From Vicugna vicugna (taxonomy: Eukaryota): a DNA stretch of 32,332 bases. Position 1 is the stretch's first letter. The number at the start of each line of letters is the position of its first letter. The stretch covers positions 747,235 through 779,566 of the forward strand of contig MU058584.1 in assembly GCA_013265495.1 (NCBI GenBank), written 5' to 3'. Both the position numbers and the translations under genes were made by a program. Positions 24,340-32,332 of this stretch are shown here, in pieces. The notes beneath the pieces are model-generated. The model saw only the letters and a list, made by a program, of their open reading frames with translations. It did no database searches and was not told where the DNA came from.

Positions 24340-24960
24340 CTTCTACTTACAATGAAAATGATATAAACAGAGACTGGGTTTGCCTTCCTACCTGAAACAA
24401 CTAAAAAAAACAGATTAAACAAATGAAACAATGGCACTGAAGACATTAGACATCAAGAAGACGGTCAGTGATCCCTAGGAGACAGGACACAAAAGAAGTA
24501 AGCCCTATGGTTTGTTCCAGCTGGCTGCCTTGAGAGAATCTGCAGGCCTTAGCACAGGAAGGAGGAACCAGGAAAAATCTGACTGTCTCCCCGAATTGAG
24601 GAGATGGAAGGAGGAGTTTGGGAAAGCCAAGGTAGCTGGAATTCATAGGGCAGAGTACTGGAGAAGAGAGAGCTGCACACACACACACACAAACTGGAGA
24701 TCTGCAAAGTCACTGCTTTGAGTATTGAGTTGAGTAATTAGCAGCACACGTGTGTATAGAGAAACTGCTTGAGGCTGAGGAAAGAACCATCTGAAAGAAC
24801 AGAAAGAACAGTTCCTGGAGTGGAAAAGCCTCATAATTCAGAGTATTGGGTAGAGTATGAAGAAGGGTCTCGCTTGGACTAACTGCAGTTCTTGTCCAGC
24901 CTAACAGCTTAAAAGCCACACTTGAAAGGATCAGACTGTTTCCATGTAATTTACTGATGC
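24340..24960 (+). mobile_element. Probable old L1M 5'-region fragment
   Basis: Resembles recalled L1M/L1MC 5' consensus and is collinear with the L1 at 25450+, separated from it by an LTR. Confidence 0.45.
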
Positions 24961-24961
24961 C

Positions 24962-25440
24962 TGTATTACTTTATTGCTGCCTGGCAAAACACATAAAGCG
25001 TATATATCTATATTTTAAGAGTTTCTGAGGATTTGGAATCCAGGGAGAGCCTTAGCTGGAAGGTTCTGGCTCAGGTTCTCTCATGAGGTTGCAATCAGTC
25101 TGTCAGCGAAGGTGGCAGCCATCTGAAGGCTTGACTGGGGCTGGGAATCTAATGTTAAACTCACTCATGTGGCCATTGGCAAGAGTCTTCAGTTCCTGTG
25201 CTATGTGGGCCTCTCCACTGGGCTGCTTATAACATGGAAGGTGGCTTTCCTCAGCATGAGTGATCCAAGCAAAAGAGAGAGTGAACAAGATGGAAGCAAC
25301 TGTGTCTTCTGTAAGCTAATCTCAGGAGTGACATAGCAACACTTACAGAATATTGTATTGGTCAATTATTGTGCAGTATGGGAAAGAGCTGCTCAAGGGA
25401 GGCAGAGATCATTGGGGGTCATCTTAGAGGCTGACTTCCA
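24962..25440 (-). mobile_element. MaLR LTR (MLT1F-like)
   Basis: Reverse-strand MLT1 motifs (tctggctcagg.tctctcatgaggttgca, catctgaaggcttgactggggctgg, ctcagttcct..tgtgggcctctcc). Confidence 0.75.
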
Positions 25441-25449
25441 TGGACGTAG

Positions 25450-27625
25450 GGGTAAAATGCTTCACAGTATTCTAGCAAATTGTATCCAGTGGTATATAAA
25501 ATGGATAATGTATTGTAACCAAATGAGGTTTATCCTGGGAATGAATGTCTTGCTTAACATTTGAAGATTAATCAATGTAATTCACCATATTAACAGACTG
25601 AAAAAAGACAAATTACAGATTAAGAAAATGCATTTCACAAAATTCAACATCCTTTCCTGATAAAAAGTCTTACTGCAGTAGGGACAGAAGGGATAAATGT
25701 GATAAACTGAAGATTCTACATAAATGACATTTGTTTAATATTACAATGGTGAAAGATTGTATGCTTTCCCTCTAAAATCGGGAACAAGGCAGTATGTTCA
25801 TTCTTGCCATTTTCTATTCAGTGTTGTATGGAAGTTTTAACCAGTGCAAGGAAAAGATAGAGAAGGCATCAGACTGGAAAGGAAGAAGTAAACCTGTCTT
25901 CATCTGCAGATGACATGATCATCTACCTAGAAAATCCTATGAAGTCTACATGAAAGCTGTTAGGACAAATAAGTTGGTTTAGCAAGGTTGTGGGATACAA
26001 GATCAATATATAAAAATTATATTTTTATATACCACCAACACATAGATATTAAAAATTTAAAAATCAGTATCATTTACAATAATGTTAAAATGCATGAAAT
26101 ATTGATGGATGCTATCTGACCAATACGTGAACGACCTGTATACTGAAATCTGCAAAGCACTGCTGAGTGAAATTACAGAAACAGATCAGAAGATTCAGTG
26201 TGGCTAAGATGTCATTTCTCCCCAAACTGATTTACAGATTCAACGTAATCCCAGTTAATACCCTGGAAGCCTTTTTTGTAGACGTTAACAAGATTCCAAA
26301 GCACATATGGAAGTTTAAAGCCTCAACTTTGAAAAGGAAGAACAGGGTTGGAGAATTTATACCTGACTTCAGGACTTACTATAAAGCTTCAATCAAGATT
26401 CTGTGGTAATAATGACAAGGTAGACAAACAGATCAATGGGACAGAACAGGGAGTCTAGAAATAGACCCTCATATGTATTATGGTCAGTTGATTTTCAACA
26501 AAAGTGCAGAGGCATTTCCGGGGAGGAAGAATAGTCTTTTACATAAGTGATCCTGGAACAATTAGATATCCGTATGCAAAAAAGTGAACTTTTGGAGGGT
26601 TGGTTATAGCTCAGTGGTAGAGTGCCTGCCTGGCAAGCACGAAGTCCTGGGTTCAATCCCCAGTACCTCCACTAAATAAATAAATACATAAACCTAATTA
26701 CAAAAAAAGTGAACTTTTATTCATACTCTGTCTGCCCTTTACATAAAAATTGACTCAAAATGTAGAACTAAATGTAAAACCTAAAACTATAAAACTTCCA
26801 GAAGAAAACATGGAAAATCTTTGTGACCTGCAGTTAGGCCAAGACTTCTCAGTTATGACACCAAAAGCACAATCGATAAAAGATAAAAAGATAATTAGAA
26901 ATTCATCAAAATTAAAAACATCTGTTCTTTTTGACACTCCTCGATAGTATTTGCAAATAACATTTATGATAAAGGACTTGATACGTATCAAGAATACATA
27001 AAGAAGTCTCAAAACTCAGTAATAAGAAAATGTAATTTTAAAAATAGACGAAAATTTTGAACAGACATTTCATTGAGGAAGATATATTGATAACAAGCAC
27101 ATGAGAAATGCTGAGCATCATTAGTCATCAGGGAGTGGAGATTAAAACCATAATGATGAGGTACCATGACACATCTATTAGAATTAAAAGAACTGGCCAT
27201 ACCAAAGGTTGGCAAGGATGTGGCACTCATACCTTGCTGGTGCCAATATAAAATGGTGCCTCCATGGTAGAGAATACTTTGGCAGTTTTTTAAAAACAGT
27301 TAAACATAAATTAAGCATATTGCCTAGCAATAATGTTGGGAGAAAGAAGTCAGACACAAATGAGCACACAGTATGCTGTTCAATTAATACGATGATCAAG
27401 AAGTTACAAGCCGATCTATGGTGAAAAAGGTCAGAACAGAAATACCTGTGGAAAGGTTGTCTAGTGAGTTAGCACAAGGGAGCCTTCTGAGTGCTGGAAA
27501 TATTCTGTGTTTTAACCAGCAGAGCTGACAGGTGTGTATACATTTGTAAAAATTCATCAAACTGAACACTTAAGATTTGTTCATTTTACTCTGCGTAGGT
27601 GTATCTCAGTTAAGAAGAAAAAATA
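25450..27625 (+). mobile_element. Old degenerate L1 (ORF2 RT/C-terminal region and 3'UTR, with internal deletions)
   Basis: Decayed ORF2 peptides: SADDMIIYLENP at ~25904 (RT FADD-like), LPKLIYRFNVIP in ORF 26167, and LNVKPKTIKLPEEN in ORF 26750. Many stops and frameshifts. Confidence 0.9.
26594..26702 (+). mobile_element. tRNA-derived SINE, Vic-1-like (camelid), inserted in an older L1
   Basis: A box TAGCTCAGTGG, B box GGTTCAATCC, and (TAAA)n-CCTAATTAC tail. Perfect 16-bp TSD AAAAAAGTGAACTTTT at 26578-26593 and 26703-26718. Family name is from recall. Confidence 0.88.
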
Positions 27626-28238
27626 GTTATCTTACTCTGTATGCATTTTAAAGTTTTAAAATACATCTTAAAATAATTCATTGATCAAAGAGGAAGTTTA
27701 GATGACTTATCTAAAATTCCATACCTCAGTAAATGGAATAGTAGGGACTAAAATTGTCCGTATCCCTCTAAAATCCCTGCTTTTAATTACTATGCTGTCT
27801 GCTTCCTGCCATGTCTTCTTCTAATCCCAACAACATTATAAAAATAACTGCTGTGTGCACCAACTATAGCTTTTGAAAGAGAAAAGGAATGAAATAGTTG
27901 TGTGTTGCAATTTTTAAGCTATCAAGTTTAAGGAGGAATGGAAAAAAACTAATAATGAAGGGAGGAGAGCAGTTGCTCTCAGTGAACCTCACAATTAGCC
28001 ATTCAAGTGAAAGACAACTTGGTAAGAGATTGGTTTGGCCTGGAGTCTCAAAGGAGGAAGGATCGTAAGGACAACAAGGGAGAGACCAGATGATGATCAG
28101 GACCAGATGGCTGTCACCAGGGCCGCGCTCAAGTTAGTGCGAAATAAGGGGAATCACGACACGGTTGTGCAACACCAGTCCCAGGCCAGTTACTGCTCTT
28201 GAGAGCCCACACTCCATTTCCTCCTTATAAGAAAGAAA

Positions 28239-28267
28239 GTGCGTGTGTGTGCGTGTGTGTGTGTGTA
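28239..28267. repeat. (GT)n microsatellite with GC interruptions
   Basis: gtgcgtgtgtgtgcgtgtgtgtgtgtgt. Confidence 0.85.
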
Positions 28268-31200
28268 TAGTTGCAGGGAATAGCAAAAGCAGTTCTGGGA
28301 GTCACTAAATGTTTGTGAGTAGAGTTGGACTATATTTAGATAAGTGTAGTTGTTTCACTGGAAAAAGGTTTTCTCATACTTTCCCCGTCCTTTTATTGTA
28401 TTCTCAGCATGCATCTGTCCAGTGCTCATAAAAGACACACTGAGGGGCAGTGTGTTTGACAGGCTGAATTTGACACCGGTCAGATTGTCTCAGCAGAGAA
28501 AAAGGCCAGAGGTACTATCCAGTACCATTTACTGAGCTGTTGGGAAACGGAATGGAATGGGAATCTTGATAACTCATTTCTGGGGAGTAAGAAGAAAAAA
28601 CAAACTACAGTTGTACCTTGAGTTCCAGGTGGAGGTTGAAAACTCTGCCCCTGCAGAGAACAAGCTGTAAGGCTAACTGCTTTGCCTTTTGGCCTTTTCT
28701 TAACAGGAGACATGGGAATATCCAAATGGTGATCGAATTAAAGGCTCATAGTACTCTTTTGACTAACATCTACTAGGAAAGAGCTTTTTTTTGGCCTCAC
28801 TATCCTTGTATCCATATTTTGTTGGCCTTCCAACAGTGACAATCCCTGGGACTTGTTTCTGGAACTTTCTGGAGTCCTCTGGAATGTCCTACCTTAATCT
28901 GTCCTGCTGTCGGGGCAGAGGTCGGGGGCTGCAGTAAGCAAAACTCAGGGGTAATGATGAGGTCATATCTGAAGTCCTGGAGCAGAATGTATTTACTTAA
29001 GCAGATTTTTATGGCGTGATTTTTCACTTATTTTCTGACGGCATTATAGGCTAGTTCCTGTGACTGAGCTGCCTCCCTGGGGGCCTTGTCCTGGCTGGCT
29101 GTGGTTCTCGAAGGCCTTGTAGCCAGCCTTCCTGGCAGGGTTATTTCTGTGCAGTAGAGGGCAGCAGTTTCAAATGCACAGGTGTTAGGAGAAAATTGGG
29201 AACCCGAGGTTCCAGAATGTTGGGATATGCCTGTTCAGCTCAGAATGCCAGCACAAACGCTCTGTGAGCCCACTTTTCACTCCAGATCAACACTTCAGGA
29301 GGAATCTTACTGCAACTTGGCCCCCGCAGACATGTCTCCGTCGTCACTACTGTCGTCTGTGGAAGCCCTAAGAGGTCACATAGTCTGAGTACTTCACTTT
29401 GCAGACAGGGCGACCAAGGGCCAAAGAGGAAAAGTGACTCCGTCAAAGTTGCATGATTAGTTAGCGACAAGGTTCGGGCTATACTCTAGGTCTGGACTAG
29501 AGTTAGGATTTAGAGCTCATCAATTTATTGAGAGTAATGAAAGTTCTAAGTATGGATAAGATGGTGGAGCTTATAGAATAAGACAAGGAGGGGCAGCGTT
29601 GGATGGAGCCCAGGACTCAGTACTAGAAGTGGTACCAACCATATGGATTCAGTAAATTAGTGAAATTTTCTTATTTTTATATGATCTCTCCAGATGTCAC
29701 TTCAACAAAAGCCCTTTTGCAAAATAATCATTATTGTTAATGAATTGTTATATAATTGCAATATATTACAAAATATTATATAATTGCAAAATAATAATTT
29801 TGCAAAGTATGTAATAATAATAAATTCATAATACTAAAATGTTAACTTGACAGATTTAATTTGTTACTTCTCCTGATGTGTTTAGAGAAGTAAATGATAG
29901 TAAAAGGTTTATTAAAACAATACTAATCCTCTGCCCCACCCCTACTCAACCTCTTCGCAGTCCTGTTCCCAGAACAAACCACTTTACATACAGTTTCACC
30001 AAACTCACTCTTTTCAAATGTGTGCTTTCTGCTGCCCTCTGCTATGCCTGATACTCCTCAGTCCACAGCCTATATGGTTAAATTTCCCTGAGAATAATTG
30101 TTGGTTCTCCCCTGGCCGAGTGGGCAAAGTTGGAGATCCTGACTGCTCGGGTTGTGGAGAAGAGTCTAACTCTCCGGTGAGCCTGTGCCTCCCCACTGGA
30201 TGCTTGGCTACGTGGGGCTTCTCAGTCCTAAGCTTTTCCAGGGCTCTCTGGAGACAGTGTGGCCCACTTCTCACCCATGTCTCTCTGTACAAGCACTTAA
30301 GTTTTATGATACCTCAGCTCTACCAAGTGTGTTAACAATCCTCAGTCTATGTTCTTTCCTAAAATGTGTTGAAATTCTTGATCACCATTGCTTCCAGTTC
30401 CACATGGTCAATTCACCATATTTAATTGGGAAGTATTGTGTTTATATTTTAGCAGTAGATAGAACTTCAAGTCAGAGAAATTCATGATTGTCTAATTTTG
30501 GCTATAATGACAGTTGTTTAAGAGGTTTGTGTGTATGTGTGGGTGGAAGTGGAGTGGGATATGTGTTGGGACACTTTAAAGAAATCTTAATTGAAAACAA
30601 GACAAATAAAATTTTTTCTGTTTGCTACCTCTTAGTAATTTAAAGGAAAAAGATTGTCTTTTAAAAAAATAGGTGAATGAGTGAGGGTAGTGGGACTTTG
30701 AGAGGAATTAGTGAGTTAATAATGAAGAATATCATGCTAGTTTTCTAAAAAAATTTTATTAAGGACAAATCAAATTCCTCTGTAGAAATACTGAAGGTAA
30801 CATGCTATTGATGTCATCTGAGACAAAAAGTTAAGAGTATTTGTACTCATAGAGAATAGAAAAGTGTTTTAAAAATAACTTCTCAATAGGAACTACAAAG
30901 AGAGTAGGGTCGCTGTAAGATGTTAGAGTAGTTCCAGAATTGAGACGAAGATCAGACTTCTATAGCTGTAGAGAAAACAAAAATGTAGATACATGAAGCT
31001 TATACAAGTACCGTAGACCAGGTAGCACAGCCAGTGTCAGATCTTGGTTCCTAAATACCATTTCCTAGAGCTTTTTGTAGTAACAGCCGATTCTGTGGCC
31101 AGGACAGGGAGAACACAGATAAGCCTGGCACATCTTGTAGTACTAGAAAGGATGGAAGTGCACAGCCAGCCGAAAGGTTGGGGCATGTCAAAGGAGCACA

Positions 31201-31289
31201 GGGGTCACCCTGAAAGGGCCCCTGATGAGCAAAGCTGGAATAATCTGAGTCATGAAATAAATCATGTAGTATTAGATGATAAGCTAAGG

Positions 31290-32055
31290 TATGAAATAAC
31301 TACACAAGAGTCCATTCTGATATAAGTAAGTAAATAAATAAGAAGCAAATCTTTCTTAGAGAAGAATTCCAGGTAAAGTTTGTAGTTACATCCTCCTCCT
31401 GGAGGTGAAGCTTAATTATCATCCACCTTCCCTTGAGAGTGGGCTAGGCTTAGTGATTCACCGCCAAAGGCTAGAGCAGGGAAAGGGGACACCACTAGCT
31501 TAACAGTGGAGAAAACCTGCAACCCCAGCTTAACCACGTGATGAAGGTTAACATCACCCATGATGTCACGTGTATGTCATCTGTCACCTGGTAGGCAACA
31601 AGACAAGCAACTTCACCTCTGTGCTATTTTTTTTTCCCAAAAAGTTACAACCTCAGTGTAATCATGAGAAAAACATCAGACAAATCCAAACATTCTGCAG
31701 GCTACGTGACAGCACTCCTGAGGCCTGTCAAAGTCATGAGAAAAGGGAAAGACTGAGAAACTGTCACAAACCGGAGGAGACTGGAGAGACATGACAACTA
31801 AATAACAAGGTGGTCCTGAATTGGATGCTAGAATAGAAAGAGGACATTAATGGAAAAAATAGTGAAATCTACATAAATCTGTGATTTAGTTAATAATAAT
31901 ATTCCAACGTCAGTTTCTATGTCTCGACAAATATGAGATCTTAACAATGGAGGAAAATGAGTGAAGGTCATGTGGGATGTCTTTGTACTTTCTTAGCAAC
32001 TTTTATAAATTTAAATCTATTCCAAAGTAAGTTTATCAAAAGGAAAAAAAATAAA
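31290..32055 (+). mobile_element. Old L1MC-like 3'UTR with A-rich tail
   Basis: Motifs taatcatgagaaaaacatcagacaaatccaaa and gaggacattaatggaaaaa, with an A-rich end at ~32035-32056. Confidence 0.7.
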
Positions 32056-32154
32056 AGTGCAGTAGAAAGAAGGCTACTTCTGTAACTTATACTGGAGCTC
32101 TCTGTATGTCTTTTATCCCCTGTTCTTTCTACTGCTTTTGAATAGAATTGCTTT

Positions 32155-32332
32155 AATTTTATTTTTATTTTTCTAACATTTTTTTTATTGAGTTATAGTC
32201 ATTTTACAATTTTGTGTCAAATTCCAGTGTAGAGCACAGTTTTTCAGTTATACATGAACATACATATATTCATTGTCACAATTTTTTTCGCTGTGAGCTG
32301 CCACAAGATTTTGTATATATTTCCCTGTGCTA
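32155..32332 (-). mobile_element. 3' end of a second L1 of the same young family (runs off the window)
   Basis: Closely aligns to 12430-12595 (taacatttttt..attga..tgtgtcaaattccagtgtagagcaca..tatatatttccctgtgcta). Confidence 0.9.

Noticed and set aside
26594..26672. tRNA gene
   Set aside because: It has A/B boxes, but also an A-rich tail, a 16-bp TSD and a poorly pairing acceptor stem, so it is a SINE.
29715..29840. AT-rich stretch with repeated TATATAATTGCAA as an array
   Set aside because: Only two copies in low-complexity sequence, consistent with slippage; there is no repeat-spacer organisation.

Overview
This is eukaryotic (mammalian) genomic DNA. Bases 1-~17,100 hold the 3' two-thirds of UAP1 (UDP-N-acetylglucosamine pyrophosphorylase, AGX1/AGX2) on the + strand. 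Eight coding exons can be read, all with GT-AG boundaries and consistent phases: 1461-1636, 3003-3175, 7413-7606, 8727-8867, 9653-9841, a 51-nt cassette exon at 10959-11009, 15663-15729 and 16520-16612 (stop). A 3'UTR follows, with AATAAA at 17072. The 5' exons lie outside the window. The remaining ~15 kb is intergenic and mostly old nested transposons (L1, L2, MIR, MaLR/ERVL LTRs, hAT-Charlie MITEs). There are also young insertions: a 5'-truncated L1 with TSD in a UAP1 intron, a second copy of that family at the window end, and a tRNA-derived SINE resembling camelid Vic-1, which suggests a camel/alpaca/llama source. I found no convincing undescribed biological system. The most interesting signals concern splicing of the cassette exon: a NAGNAG acceptor, a dense downstream ESRP/QKI/RBFOX motif cluster, and a possible cryptic exon in the antisense L1. 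Repeat family names come from recall of consensus sequences, not from a database search.
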